Source: an uncultured Gammaproteobacteria bacterium (GTDB lineage Bacteria; Patescibacteriota; Patescibacteriia; UBA9934; GWF2-40-263). Taken from it: a stretch of DNA of 64,000 nt. The notes beneath the pieces are model-generated. The model worked only from the letters and a program-made list of their open reading frames with translations. It had not been told where the DNA came from and did not search any database. Positions within the stretch are counted from its first letter, which is position 1; each line of letters starts with the position of its first letter. The stretch lies in NCBI GenBank assembly GCA_964538435.1, contig CAZIDX010000003.1, forward strand, positions 110,039 to 174,038. The letters run 5' to 3'. Of the stretch, positions 39,600 to 49,658 are shown in pieces. The translations under genes and the position numbers were made by a program.

Positions 39600-41426
39600 T
39601 TATTCAACCGTTACACTCTTAGCTAAGTTACGCGGTTTATCAGGATCAAGACTGCGCGCCACAGCCATCTCATAGGCAAGAAGTTGCGTTGGAATCACCG
39701 TCAAAATCGGCTGAAGCACCTCGAGTGTCTCTGGCACCTCAATCACATAATCAACTTCAAGATCTCCATTCCCTTCAGTGGTGATAGCAATAATTGGACC
39801 GCGCCGCGCCTTTAGCTCCTCAATATTTGACCACGTCTTATCAAACAAGCTGTCGCGCGGACAAAGCACAAACGACGGGAACCCTTTATCAATAAGTGCA
39901 ATCGGCCCATGCTTCATCTCCCCGCTCGTATACCCTTCAGCATGCACGTAACTCACCTCCTTCATTTTAAGCGCGCCTTCATATGCAATCGGCGCCTGAA
40001 ACTTCCTTCCAAGAAACAAACAATTCTCAACTCCATTCAATGCTTGCATCACCTTTGAAATATTCTCACGCCCACCAATTACAGAACCAACTTTTGATGG
40101 AAGCTCTGCAAGCTCACCAAGCACAGCTTTGGATCGTGTAAGCGAGAGCGTGCCGCGCAGCCTCCCAAACTGAATCGCCAAAAGCGTAAGCACAACAAGC
40201 TGACTCACAAACGCTTTCGTCGATGCCACACCAATCTCCGGCCCAGCATGATTGTAAACACCCGCATCAGTCTCACGAGCAATTGAAGACCCAACCGCAT
40301 TCACAATCCCGAGTGTGAGCGCTTGCTTGCGCTTAGCCTCACGAATCGCCTCGAGCGTATCTGCAGTCTCACCAGACTGCGACACAGCCAGCACGGCCGT
40401 ATTTTTTGTAATGATCGGCTTGCGATAACGAAACTCACTTGCAAGCTCAACCTCTACCGGAATCCCTGCAAGCTCCTCAAACAAATACTCACCAACCTGC
40501 CCAGCATAAAACGCACTTCCACACCCCACAATAATCACACGCTCAATCTCAGAAAGACGATCCTTCACTTCAGCAAGCCCCCCAAGCACCGATGTTCCTG
40601 CCTGCAAATCAATCCTTCCTCGAATCGTATTCCGAATCACGTCCGGCTGCTCCAAAATCTCTTTTAACATGTAATGCGGATGCCCATCCTTTTGCGCGCA
40701 TTCCATATCCCACTCAATTCGCTCAGGTTGCTTATGCACTTGCCGCTCATCAATAGCACAGAGCGACACCCCCTCTGAATTCACCACCGCAATCTCCCCA
40801 TCATCGAGAAACATCACCTCCTTTGTGTGAGCAACAATCGCAGACGCATCAGACGCCACAATATTCTCCCCTTCACCAACCCCAATCACAAGCGGACTTC
40901 CCATCCGAGCCGCAATCATTGTCTGCGGCAAATCCCGAAACATCACCACAAGCCCATAAGTTCCCCTGACACGCTTAAGAGCTTTTTTCACAGCAGACAG
41001 CGGATTCTCGCTACAGCCATAATAAGACTCAATTAGATGCGCAAGCACCTCCGAATCCGTATCAGACGAAAACTCATGACCAGAAGCAAGTAGTTCCTTT
41101 CGAAGATCCTTATAGTTTTCAATGATTCCATTGTGCACAATCGCAACAGCACCCGAACAATCCCTGTGAGGATGAGCATTGCGCTCCTCAGGCACACCAT
41201 GCGTAGCCCATCGGGTATGAGCAATACCAGCTGTACCCTCAAGATCATGCTTTTCTGCCTTTTCCTCAAGAACTGAAATCTTCCCCTCACTGCGGACGGT
41301 TTTTAGTTTCCCGTTTTGCACACAAAGACCCGCAGAGTCATATCCACGGTACTCAAGTGTTGCAAGACCCTTTAATAAGATTGGAGCAGCGGCTCTTGAG
41401 CCAACATAACCAACGATTCCACACAT
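39600..41426 (-). CDS. glmS: glutamine--fructose-6-phosphate aminotransferase
   Basis: MCGIVGYVGSR... (N-terminal nucleophile Cys) and SIS domains. Confidence 0.9.
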   Translation of the reverse strand: MCGIVGYVGSRAAAPILLKGLATLEYRGYDSAGLCVQNGKLKTVRSEGKISVLEEKAEKHDLEGTAGIAHTRWATHGVPEERNAHPHRDCSGAVAIVHNGIIENYKDLRKELLASGHEFSSDTDSEVLAHLIESYYGCSENPLSAVKKALKRVRGTYGLVVMFRDLPQTMIAARMGSPLVIGVGEGENIVASDASAIVAHTKEVMFLDDGEIAVVNSEGVSLCAIDERQVHKQPERIEWDMECAQKDGHPHYMLKEILEQPDVIRNTIRGRIDLQAGTSVLGGLAEVKDRLSEIERVIIVGCGSAFYAGQVGEYLFEELAGIPVEVELASEFRYRKPIITKNTAVLAVSQSGETADTLEAIREAKRKQALTLGIVNAVGSSIARETDAGVYNHAGPEIGVASTKAFVSQLVVLTLLAIQFGRLRGTLSLTRSKAVLGELAELPSKVGSVIGGRENISKVMQALNGVENCLFLGRKFQAPIAYEGALKMKEVSYVHAEGYTSGEMKHGPIALIDKGFPSFVLCPRDSLFDKTWSNIEELKARRGPIIAITTEGNGDLEVDYVIEVPETLEVLQPILTVIPTQLLAYEMAVARSLDPDKPRNLAKSVTVE

Positions 41427-41606
41427 AAGATGTTTTGATGAATTACCATACTCATTATGCAAGCCAAGAAGATATTCCGGCAAAAAATTCACAACGATTC
41501 TGTGGAGAAGTTATAATCCCACCAAAAAACAGCTTGATCCACCCAAGCCGTTTGTCAATATTCTCCCGACAATTCAATTAGAAAAGCCCGGAACTAACCG
41601 GACTCG

Positions 41607-42236
41607 TCACACTTCTTGCGTAGAAGCGTTGCGCTTGAGCCAACCCAGACCCCATGCGTTGATCTTGTAGGTCACTGGATCACCAGGATACACACGCACC
41701 AGACGTTGGCTCGCAAGGTTCTCGAGCAACCTCCTGGTGCTGCTCACACCACCACACCGATTCACGTTCCTGTTGATCCCTTCTGCTGTACATTCTCGAC
41801 CCAGATCTCGGAGCACCCGCAGCACCTGCTCAAGCCGACGCGCAGTAGAACCTCGCGGCGAAAGCGGTTCGTAGCAACCACCCCACTTCACAAGACCCAG
41901 CTTGGCCATGCCCCGCTTGTTGATCTTGTAACCGTACTGCATGGTTCCTGTGTTGGGATTCTCATGCGTATGCATGGATCGGTCAACCAAGCCCTTGCGC
42001 CACAAATCCACGACCGTGCTTGTGATCGGACTTGGTTTGTAGCCCTCCACCGAAGCGATGATCTCGTCCTCGAACGCCCATTGACTCATCCCAGCCATGC
42101 TAGCCAAGACCTTCCAGCGATTCTGCCGAAAGCTCAGATGATCCAGAAGAAAAAGGCCTCCCACCACACTTGCAATGATCGGAATCCCGACGCCGATCTC
42201 GATCGCGTCTTCGACAGGACACAGACTGCGCCCCAT
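41607..42236 (-). CDS. hypothetical protein (one N-terminal TM; ~56% GC single-gene insertion)
   Basis: 209-aa ORF between glmS and PBP1A. GC is higher than the flanks; no recognisable domain. Confidence 0.4.
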   Translation of the reverse strand: MGRSLCPVEDAIEIGVGIPIIASVVGGLFLLDHLSFRQNRWKVLASMAGMSQWAFEDEIIASVEGYKPSPITSTVVDLWRKGLVDRSMHTHENPNTGTMQYGYKINKRGMAKLGLVKWGGCYEPLSPRGSTARRLEQVLRVLRDLGRECTAEGINRNVNRCGGVSSTRRLLENLASQRLVRVYPGDPVTYKINAWGLGWLKRNASTQEV

Positions 42237-42416
42237 GACTCACTTCCTTCCGACAGAAACCTGCCGATTGCCGAAAAGCCGACAATTCAAAATAGAGGAT
42301 TATCCCCAAACTGTCAACAAGTGGGTAACTCTGAAAAATTTGCCTCAAAAGAGCGAAAACAAAAGACATACCCTTTAAAAAACTTGGAAAAACCGGTACG
42401 CTTGGTGCGAAATCTT

Positions 42417-45400
42417 ATGACTAGACACACCTACAATCGCTCCAGTTGGAAGCGAAAAAAGAAACGACGCTCTTCTCGCGGCATGCTTAAAACACCTGCC
42501 AATCTCAAGAAGAATATTCTCCTAGGACTGATCGCTTGCATCATCCTTGGCTCTCTTGGAATGCTTGGTTTTCTTGCCTATATCAGCCGCGACCTTCCAA
42601 ACCCAAACAGCCTAACAGAGCGCGCCATTTCCCAAACCACAAAAATCTACGACAGCACCGGAGAGCATGTGCTCTACGAAATCTTTGGAGATGAAAACCG
42701 CACACTCAAGACTCTGCAAGAAGGATTCTGCGGCGACGCAAGCGAGCTAAATCTAGACGAGCAGGGCATCCCCCTCTTTGCTGTGCAAGCCACTATCGCT
42801 GCAGAGGACCGAAATTTTTGCGAGCACAACGGATACGACATTAAAGGAATCCTGCGCTCTGTTTATCGCAACATTGTTGGAGGCACACGCGTAGGTGGAT
42901 CAACACTGACCCAGCAGCTTGTTAAAAACGCCATTCTCTCAAACGAAAAAACCTACACACGAAAAGCAAAAGAGTTAATCCTCTCTGTTGAGCTTGAGCG
43001 TCGATATACAAAAGACGAAATCCTCCAGATCTACCTCAACGAAATCCCTTACGGATCAACCTACTACGGAATCGAAGCAGCTGCACAAAACTACTACGGA
43101 AAATCAGTAAACGAGCTTTCTCTTGCCCAGGCTGCCACACTCGCTGGAATTCCAAAGGCCACCACCTACTACATCAACAACCCGGACATGCTCCTCGCGC
43201 GCCGCAACTACATCTTAGATGGCATGCTCGAGCTCGGGTTTATCACACAAGAAGAACACGACACTGCAACCGAGGACGAAACCCCTGTTGAAGTAGCTCT
43301 TATCAACATTGATGCACCGCACTTTGTTCTCTACGTAAAAGAACAACTCGAGGAAACCTACGGACAACGCATGGTGGAAGAAGGCGGACTCAAGGTCATC
43401 ACAACCCTCGACTACGACAAGCAAATGATCGCAGAAGAGGAAGTGCTCCGTATTGTTGATGAAAACAGTGAACTTTACGGATTCTCAAATGCTTCTCTTG
43501 TTGCCATTGACCCATCAAACGGACATGTACTCTCAATGGTGGGATCAAAAGATTATTTTGATGATGAAATCGATGGGCAAGTAAACGTATCAACACGCCT
43601 GCGCCAACCAGGATCAAGTTTCAAGCCGATTGTCTACACCAAAGCATTCGACATGGGCTACACACCAAACACACTCACCTGGGACGTGCTTACAAACTTC
43701 CCAACCCTCACAGGAAACTACGAACCAAAAAACTACGACCTAGAAGAACGCGGACCAATCCGTCTGCGCGACGCCTTGCAAGGCTCGCTCAACATCCCTG
43801 CAGTAAAAATGGTCTACATGGTCGGAGTGGAAAATGCTCTTGATTTCGCCACTTCTCTAGGCTACAGCGCGTTTGGCGACCACAGCGCGTTTGGTCTCTC
43901 TCTTGTGCTAGGTGGTGGAGAAGTCAAGCTTCTTGAGCACACCAATGCTTACGCAACGCTTGCAAACGACGGAGTACGAAACGACATTGTTTCCATCCTG
44001 AAAGTTGAAGACGCCGAAGGGACTGTGCTCGAAGAATGGAAAGAAACAGATGGAGTGGAAGTCATTGACAAAAATGTTGCTCGCACCATCTCCCACGTAC
44101 TCTCAGACAACAACGCACGAACACCTTTCTTTGGCGCATCAAGCTACCTTCAACTTGGCGACCGGCCTGTTGCTGCAAAAACAGGAACAACAAACGACAA
44201 CCGTGATGCCTGGCTCATGGGATACACACCTTCTCTCGCTGTGGGTGTATGGGGAGGAAACAACGACAACACAGAAATGTCTGACAGCGCTGGAGGGTCA
44301 ACTGTCGCAGGACCAATCTGGAACGCATTCATGAGCCGTGCGCTCGAAGGAACAACCGTTGAATCATTTGTCACTCCAAACATCGAAGCAACAGGTAAAA
44401 CCGTGCTCGACGGAGAGATCACATCCACCACAGTCACAGTTGATAAAGCCTCAGGTCTGCTTGCAACCGAATACACCCCAGACTCACAAAAAGAAGAACG
44501 CACCTACGCGCAGTATCATTCAATCCTGCACTACGTAGATCGTGCTGATCCACTCGGAGGCGAACCAAACGACCCAAGCATCGATGAAATGTACCAACCA
44601 TGGGAATCAGCAATCCAGACTTGGATCGAGGCAAAGGAAGAAGAAACAGGAATTGAAATCCTCAACGAAGCTCCACCAACTGAATACGACGACGTTCATG
44701 TTCCAGAAAACTTCCCAACCGTAAACATTACAAACCCAGACAGCGGAGACGAGTTTGACGAGCGCGAACTCTCTATTAGCGTCTCAGCAGACGCAGAGCG
44801 CGGCATCTCACGCGTAGAGTTCTACATCGACGGCCTCTACCTGGGATCTGACTCCTCTTCCCCGTACCGACTCTCTGCAACGGTTCCAAGCTCAGTCTCG
44901 CGCGGTGTCCACTCACTAAAAGCCGTTGCCTACGACGACGTTGATAACTCAAGTTCAGACTCTATAACCATCGAACTTAACACGGACGGATCTGACACCA
45001 CATTTGAAATTCTTGACCCAAAGAACGGACAAACAATCGAGAGAACCTCTGACATCTACACACTCGTTGTCTCACTCCAAGACCCAGAAAACTTCAGAGA
45101 AGTTCGAGTGTACGCAGAGCCTCTTGGCGGAGGATCAAGGCAGCTCGTTGACATGCAAAGCTACCCATCATCTCCATTCCTCACCATCGACTGGGAACTA
45201 CCAGAAGAAGGAACTTGGGCGCTAAGTGCACAGGCAACAGAAACAGACGGAGGCGACACGCTTGTCACAGCAGGAATCCTAGTTGAGATCGAACCGGCTG
45301 ATGTTCCAGCTGAAGAAACAACCGAAACCGAAGGAGAAGAAGGCGGCGAAGTCTACACCCCAGACTCCTCACTCGACCTCTTCACAGGCGAACCTACCGC

Positions 45401-45455
45401 AACAGAAGAAGAGGAAGAAACCTCTCCTGAAGAGGAAACAGAGCCAACTGAATAA
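42417..45455 (+). CDS. penicillin-binding protein 1A (bifunctional transglycosylase/transpeptidase) with a long C-terminal Ig-like/acidic extension
   Basis: Start at MTRHTYNR. GT51 motifs (...AAEDRNF..., GGSTLTQQLVKN), the transpeptidase SxxK/SxN/KTG triad (GSSFKP, SLN, KTGTT), and a C-terminal EEEEETSPEEETEPTE tail. Confidence 0.8.
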   Translation: MTRHTYNRSSWKRKKKRRSSRGMLKTPANLKKNILLGLIACIILGSLGMLGFLAYISRDLPNPNSLTERAISQTTKIYDSTGEHVLYEIFGDENRTLKTLQEGFCGDASELNLDEQGIPLFAVQATIAAEDRNFCEHNGYDIKGILRSVYRNIVGGTRVGGSTLTQQLVKNAILSNEKTYTRKAKELILSVELERRYTKDEILQIYLNEIPYGSTYYGIEAAAQNYYGKSVNELSLAQAATLAGIPKATTYYINNPDMLLARRNYILDGMLELGFITQEEHDTATEDETPVEVALINIDAPHFVLYVKEQLEETYGQRMVEEGGLKVITTLDYDKQMIAEEEVLRIVDENSELYGFSNASLVAIDPSNGHVLSMVGSKDYFDDEIDGQVNVSTRLRQPGSSFKPIVYTKAFDMGYTPNTLTWDVLTNFPTLTGNYEPKNYDLEERGPIRLRDALQGSLNIPAVKMVYMVGVENALDFATSLGYSAFGDHSAFGLSLVLGGGEVKLLEHTNAYATLANDGVRNDIVSILKVEDAEGTVLEEWKETDGVEVIDKNVARTISHVLSDNNARTPFFGASSYLQLGDRPVAAKTGTTNDNRDAWLMGYTPSLAVGVWGGNNDNTEMSDSAGGSTVAGPIWNAFMSRALEGTTVESFVTPNIEATGKTVLDGEITSTTVTVDKASGLLATEYTPDSQKEERTYAQYHSILHYVDRADPLGGEPNDPSIDEMYQPWESAIQTWIEAKEEETGIEILNEAPPTEYDDVHVPENFPTVNITNPDSGDEFDERELSISVSADAERGISRVEFYIDGLYLGSDSSSPYRLSATVPSSVSRGVHSLKAVAYDDVDNSSSDSITIELNTDGSDTTFEILDPKNGQTIERTSDIYTLVVSLQDPENFREVRVYAEPLGGGSRQLVDMQSYPSSPFLTIDWELPEEGTWALSAQATETDGGDTLVTAGILVEIEPADVPAEETTETEGEEGGEVYTPDSSLDLFTGEPTATEEEEETSPEEETEPTE

Positions 45456-45468
45456 GAATTAAAAAAAC

Positions 45469-45515
45469 AACACGATACAAAAACTCGTACGTACGAGAAT
45501 TTGTGTCGTGTTTTT
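45469..45515 (+). terminator. nested-palindrome rho-independent terminator after PBP1A
   Basis: aacacgatacaaaaactcgtacgtacgagaatttgtgtcgtgttttt. Confidence 0.65.
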
Positions 45516-45609
45516 GATTTGATGCTTGACAAAAACATAAAAAAGCATATTCTTGCTCTACAGCAAACAGAAAGAGGTGCTCGACCGGATGGTCGAAGAA
45601 GGGCCGAAG

Positions 45610-45879
45610 ATGAAATTCTCCCGGCCAAACATGATGTCGGAAATCTTCTACCTAAACGGAAAAGAGATTCGCGACAACGACACCCTCATGATCAAATGGC
45701 CGGATGGAACCGAAGAGCTTCACTGCGTCAAACGCCAACGGATCCGAAGTTTCTTTTCCCCATCCTTCATCCGGTACTGGATCATGATCAAGCACAACGA
45801 AGCTCTAATCAAGGTAACACTCAAGCGGTCAAGACCAGACCTCCTCATGGCCTGGCCCGAGAAACCCCAAGAACCCTGA
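45610..45879 (+). CDS. small hypothetical protein (MKF... family; paralog of the N-terminus of 47110..47655); high-GC island
   Basis: Both paralogs start MKF after a GGAGGG/GAAGGG RBS and share LxIxWxxGT (...TLMIKWPDGTEEL.. versus ..ILFIEWENGTQTL..). Confidence 0.4.
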   Translation: MKFSRPNMMSEIFYLNGKEIRDNDTLMIKWPDGTEELHCVKRQRIRSFFSPSFIRYWIMIKHNEALIKVTLKRSRPDLLMAWPEKPQEP

Positions 45880-46015
45880 CACGCACCGAGTCCTTAAACT
45901 CGGCCTGCCCGCCGAAGCTTTAGCAAAGGCGGGTTTTCGTATTGATCTATTGACAAAACAAGGAAAATCCGTAAAGTCCAAACCACTGCATCAAACGCAG
46001 ATATGGGAGGAAACC

Positions 46016-46912
46016 ATGTTCGAAGCCTTGCTGCTCGTCATCCCCGCCTGGGGACTGCTACTCACAGGAATCATCTTCCTCGCACTCTTCTTCTTCATCG
46101 AGTTCGAGCGCCCTGGTTGGGCCACCATCTCGGTCATCCTCACGATCGCCGTGCTCCAGATCGGTAACATCTGGGACTCGGGTGTGAACGTCATCGGACT
46201 CCTGATCGAGCACCCCTTCTACGCACTCCTGGCCTTCTGCGCCTGGTTTGTGATCGGAGGGTTCTGGTCCGTGGGCAAGTGGTGGTTCTTTGTGCGTCGC
46301 CTGCGCGACAAGTACGAAGAGAAGAAGCGTCGGTTCCTACTCTCGCACGGAATCAAGGACACCCTCACCATCCCGGACGAGCTCAAGGAGCGCTTCCTCT
46401 ACGAGAACTACCTCCACGAGTACGACCGTGCCATCAACACGCTACTCAGAGCGTTCCCGGACTACAGCAACGCCGCCTCACGAGTCAACGACCGTGTCGG
46501 TGGCGGAACCGACCTGACAGCCACCGCAACGCATTTCGGAGTCAACGAAGAAGCTCTGCGCGACCTGGCCACGTTCACCAACGCTCGCCCAGACGATCGC
46601 AAGGACCTGCTGTCCCTGAACCTACCCGATGAAATGAAGGCTAAGTTCAGCGCTGAGCTGAGCGGCCCGGAGATGCGCGCAGCCATCGTCCCCTCTGCTC
46701 GGGACCACAAGTGGCGCATCATGACATGGATGGCCTGGTGGCCCTGGTCCATGCTCTGGACCCTGCTCAACGACCCCATCCGCCGCATCTGGCGCTGGGT
46801 CTGGAAGAACCTGCAAAAGACGTTTGCGAGCATCGCCACAAGCGCGTTCCGCAGCGTCGACGACGACCTGGTCAGCACCCACGAGACTCCTACCAAGGAC
46901 CTCGAGGCCTGA
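46016..46912 (+). CDS. hypothetical membrane protein (3-4 N-terminal TM helices plus a cytoplasmic domain); high-GC island
   Basis: GGGAGG RBS then MFEALLLVIPAWGLLLTGIIF...; the track start 45950 is rejected. Confidence 0.45.
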   Translation: MFEALLLVIPAWGLLLTGIIFLALFFFIEFERPGWATISVILTIAVLQIGNIWDSGVNVIGLLIEHPFYALLAFCAWFVIGGFWSVGKWWFFVRRLRDKYEEKKRRFLLSHGIKDTLTIPDELKERFLYENYLHEYDRAINTLLRAFPDYSNAASRVNDRVGGGTDLTATATHFGVNEEALRDLATFTNARPDDRKDLLSLNLPDEMKAKFSAELSGPEMRAAIVPSARDHKWRIMTWMAWWPWSMLWTLLNDPIRRIWRWVWKNLQKTFASIATSAFRSVDDDLVSTHETPTKDLEA

Positions 46913-47109
46913 CCCACGCACGATCCCACTCGCACACCCCGCGACCGAGGGCTCGCCCGCCACAGCTCACTAGAGCAAAGGCGGGTTTTCTAATTGACAC
47001 AAAAACCTAAAAATGATAGTTTTTTCAGTCCAGATTCGCCTGAACCCAGCTGGTTCTGTTAGTCGAAATAAGATGATATCTGTTTTCTTTTTCTGACCAG
47101 GAGGGTCAG

Positions 47110-47655
47110 ATGAAGTTCGAAGAACTACGTATCGGGAAGGGTCTGAGCATCCTCCTTGGAGACCGTGTCCTCGTGCCCGGCAATATCCTGTTCATCGAAT
47201 GGGAGAATGGCACACAGACCCTCGCCCAGATCCTCGAGAGCACGGACATCAGCCGGGACAGCTACGTGATCGATGCAGAGGCCATCTGGTTCGAGATCCA
47301 GAATCTCGTCAACAACCAGAACGCTGGCGTCCTCCGCAGCGGCAAGTGCCGCGCCGCGTTCGTGGCCGAAGGCGGAGAGATCCGCTTCGCCAGGCCCGTG
47401 GGCGCGGACAAGAACTTCACGCTCCGCGAGCGCCGTCTGGCCAACTTCCAGTGGGTTCTGGTGCGCTGGCCGAACAAGGCTGTGAGCGCGCACCGTGTCC
47501 GCCGCGAGCAGCGCACCGCGCGCCACTACGGTCAGGCCTTCGCTGAAACCACCTGGCACTACTGGCTCGAGATCTGGCACAACGGTCACCTGATCTGCGA
47601 GCCAATCACCAGCCAGACCAAGCTGCGGCTCTGCCACATCCCCAAGCCCGCGTAG
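47110..47655 (+). CDS. hypothetical protein (MKF... family paralog); high-GC island
   Basis: RBS ggaggg, then MKFEELRIGKGLSILLGDRVLVPGNILFIEWENGT... Confidence 0.45.
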   Translation: MKFEELRIGKGLSILLGDRVLVPGNILFIEWENGTQTLAQILESTDISRDSYVIDAEAIWFEIQNLVNNQNAGVLRSGKCRAAFVAEGGEIRFARPVGADKNFTLRERRLANFQWVLVRWPNKAVSAHRVRREQRTARHYGQAFAETTWHYWLEIWHNGHLICEPITSQTKLRLCHIPKPA

Positions 47656-47682
47656 CCCTCGAGCTCGCGAGCAACGCAACGA

Positions 47683-47751
47683 CACGCCCCCGGGCGTGTT
47701 TCAGTTTTCAAACCAAAAAACCCTGCCTTCCGGCAGGGAGGCAGGGTTTTT
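47683..47751. terminator. pair of convergent terminators (acacgcccccgggcgtgt+T; aaaaaccctgcc...ggcagggttttt)
   Basis: Two GC hairpins with flanking T/A runs, between the plus-strand gene ending at 47655 and the minus-strand gene ending at 47753. Confidence 0.6.
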
Positions 47752-47752
47752 C

Positions 47753-48310
47753 TTACACAACATCGAACCCCTCAAGCCGAGGATAGTAATCTGGCTGATG
47801 AAAATCTGGCTTTTCCCCAGGAACAGGGCTAAGCGCCAAATGATTCCCAGCAAGAATCGCAAACGCGTTCATTGCTCGAATATTCTCTGGAAGCACATCC
47901 CAAGGAAGCACAATGCGACTCCTCCACATCTTCTCATCAGTACGCTCGAACTGCACAAGCGGCTCAAAACGATCAAACTCCTGACTCCTATGATGAATAC
48001 GATCAAACCCCAAGAAAAGCCAATGCCCACCTGCACCAAGCTCAAGCTCAATATACTCATGCCCAGGCCCAACAAGAAAAAGCTCAACAACATCAAACTC
48101 CCAAAGCCCATCCACCCGAGTTCCCATAGGCACCTGCGGCACGCTCTGCTCATGAAGCATCGGCGAAACCACAGTAACATCAAGACCTTCTCTGCTCCGA
48201 GTCAGCGTCACTTTTGCCCAAAGCCGATCATCCCCGCACTCTCGCCCATTCCAAAGCTTATCAATCTTCAATGTGAGCCCATCTGGGCTTTTAGGAATCA
48301 TAAAACTCAT
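47753..48310 (-). CDS. hypothetical protein
   Basis: 185-aa ORF with no recognised motif. Confidence 0.4.
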   Translation of the reverse strand: MSFMIPKSPDGLTLKIDKLWNGRECGDDRLWAKVTLTRSREGLDVTVVSPMLHEQSVPQVPMGTRVDGLWEFDVVELFLVGPGHEYIELELGAGGHWLFLGFDRIHHRSQEFDRFEPLVQFERTDEKMWRSRIVLPWDVLPENIRAMNAFAILAGNHLALSPVPGEKPDFHQPDYYPRLEGFDVV

Positions 48311-48387
48311 ACAATATCCACTAAATCAGGTCTCGACTTCTCTGTAAAGCAAAAACTCGAGCCATAGCCCGAGTTTTTTTGTTTTTA

Positions 48388-49635
48388 CTATTCTTCTGTC
48401 TCCTCCTCAACCTCTTCTTCCATATCAACCTCCCCCATCTCTTCATCTTCCTCGCTCTCATCGAGAGCCTCACTATCTTCGACAACTTCTTCATCCTCAA
48501 CCACCTCTTCAACCTCTTCTACAACTGGTTCATTAAGGCGAATAAACTCACCGCCTGTCACTTGCAAGAGTGATGGCTCAAAATCAGTGTTTCCATTCTC
48601 GTCAAAACTAAACGTTCCAAGCGCACCGCTCCAAGCATTGATCTGAGAACCTAGGTATTCAGCAACATCTTCTCCACCATTCTCAATAGCTTCTGCAAGC
48701 AAGTACACACTGTCATACGCAGCTACACCAACCACAGGATCACTTGGCAACGTCTCGTAAAGCCCCAAGTATGATTCAAGGAACAGACTTGTCTTCTCAC
48801 TAGCAGGAAGCTGAACCGCTGTCACAACAAGCTCTTCGTAAAGACTTAGTGTCTCTTCGCTCATCTGAACCATAATAAGCTCAGTGCTTCCATATACTCC
48901 AACATTCATCCAGCTTGTTGAAAGCGCCTCAAGCACAACCTGACCTGTTTCCCCAGAGCCTGGCAAAATATATACAGCATTTGGATTCTCTGCGCGAACA
49001 GTAGCCATGAGCTCAGTCATGTCGGTCTCGCTATCAAACGCATGTGCAGTGACCACATCGTCGCCATAGGCAACTGTTAGACCATCAATATACACCTGTG
49101 ACTCATCTGACTCTTCGTAAAGAACAGCCATTCGATCAAGACCAGCCTCTTTTGCATGCTCTGCAATTAGGAGCGTTTCCTGTGCTTTTGTCGGATACAA
49201 AGAGAACACATTCGCAGAAGACTCTTCCATTGGGCTAAGCGCCAATGGTGAGAGATAAACCACACCTGACTCCTTTGCAAACGCTGCAAGAGCATCTGCC
49301 TCTAAAAGACATTCCCCTCCTAGTACGTACGACACCCCATGAGTCTCCACAAGCTCCTGTGCTCGCGCACTTGCCTCTTCAGCACTGCAAGCACCATCTT
49401 GGTACACAAACTCGATTGTGTGACCATTCACTCCTCCTTGTTCATTAATCTGAGCAGCAGCTAAATCATAGGATCGCTGCAAATCTGATGCTGTCTCCCC
49501 ATTCTGTGAAGCCACAACACCAATCGTAAGGGTCTTATCAAACGAAAAAGGACCAAGAGTAAAGTACACAACACCGAGAATGATCAAGGCAATTCCGATC
49601 GCCCACATCAAACCCGTATTCGATGATTTCGCCAT
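48388..49635 (-). CDS. periplasmic-binding-protein type I ABC substrate-binding protein (Liv-like) with a ~50-aa polyacidic C-terminal tail
   Basis: N-terminal TM/signal anchor, then LTIGVVASQNGETA... (PBP-1 fold pattern). Tail EEVEEVVEDEEVVEDSEALDESEEDEEMGEVDMEEEVEEETEE. Confidence 0.65.
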   Translation of the reverse strand: MAKSSNTGLMWAIGIALIILGVVYFTLGPFSFDKTLTIGVVASQNGETASDLQRSYDLAAAQINEQGGVNGHTIEFVYQDGACSAEEASARAQELVETHGVSYVLGGECLLEADALAAFAKESGVVYLSPLALSPMEESSANVFSLYPTKAQETLLIAEHAKEAGLDRMAVLYEESDESQVYIDGLTVAYGDDVVTAHAFDSETDMTELMATVRAENPNAVYILPGSGETGQVVLEALSTSWMNVGVYGSTELIMVQMSEETLSLYEELVVTAVQLPASEKTSLFLESYLGLYETLPSDPVVGVAAYDSVYLLAEAIENGGEDVAEYLGSQINAWSGALGTFSFDENGNTDFEPSLLQVTGGEFIRLNEPVVEEVEEVVEDEEVVEDSEALDESEEDEEMGEVDMEEEVEEETEE

Positions 49636-49658
49636 AAAGTTTTACGGAGAGTAAATGA

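Noticed and set aside
41616-42416. N-terminal 267-aa extension of the 1279-aa ORF (41616..45455)
   Set aside because: It overlaps the minus-strand gene 41607..42236 on the opposite strand and has no RBS. The PBP1A homology (TM anchor plus GT51 domain) begins at the Met at 42417.
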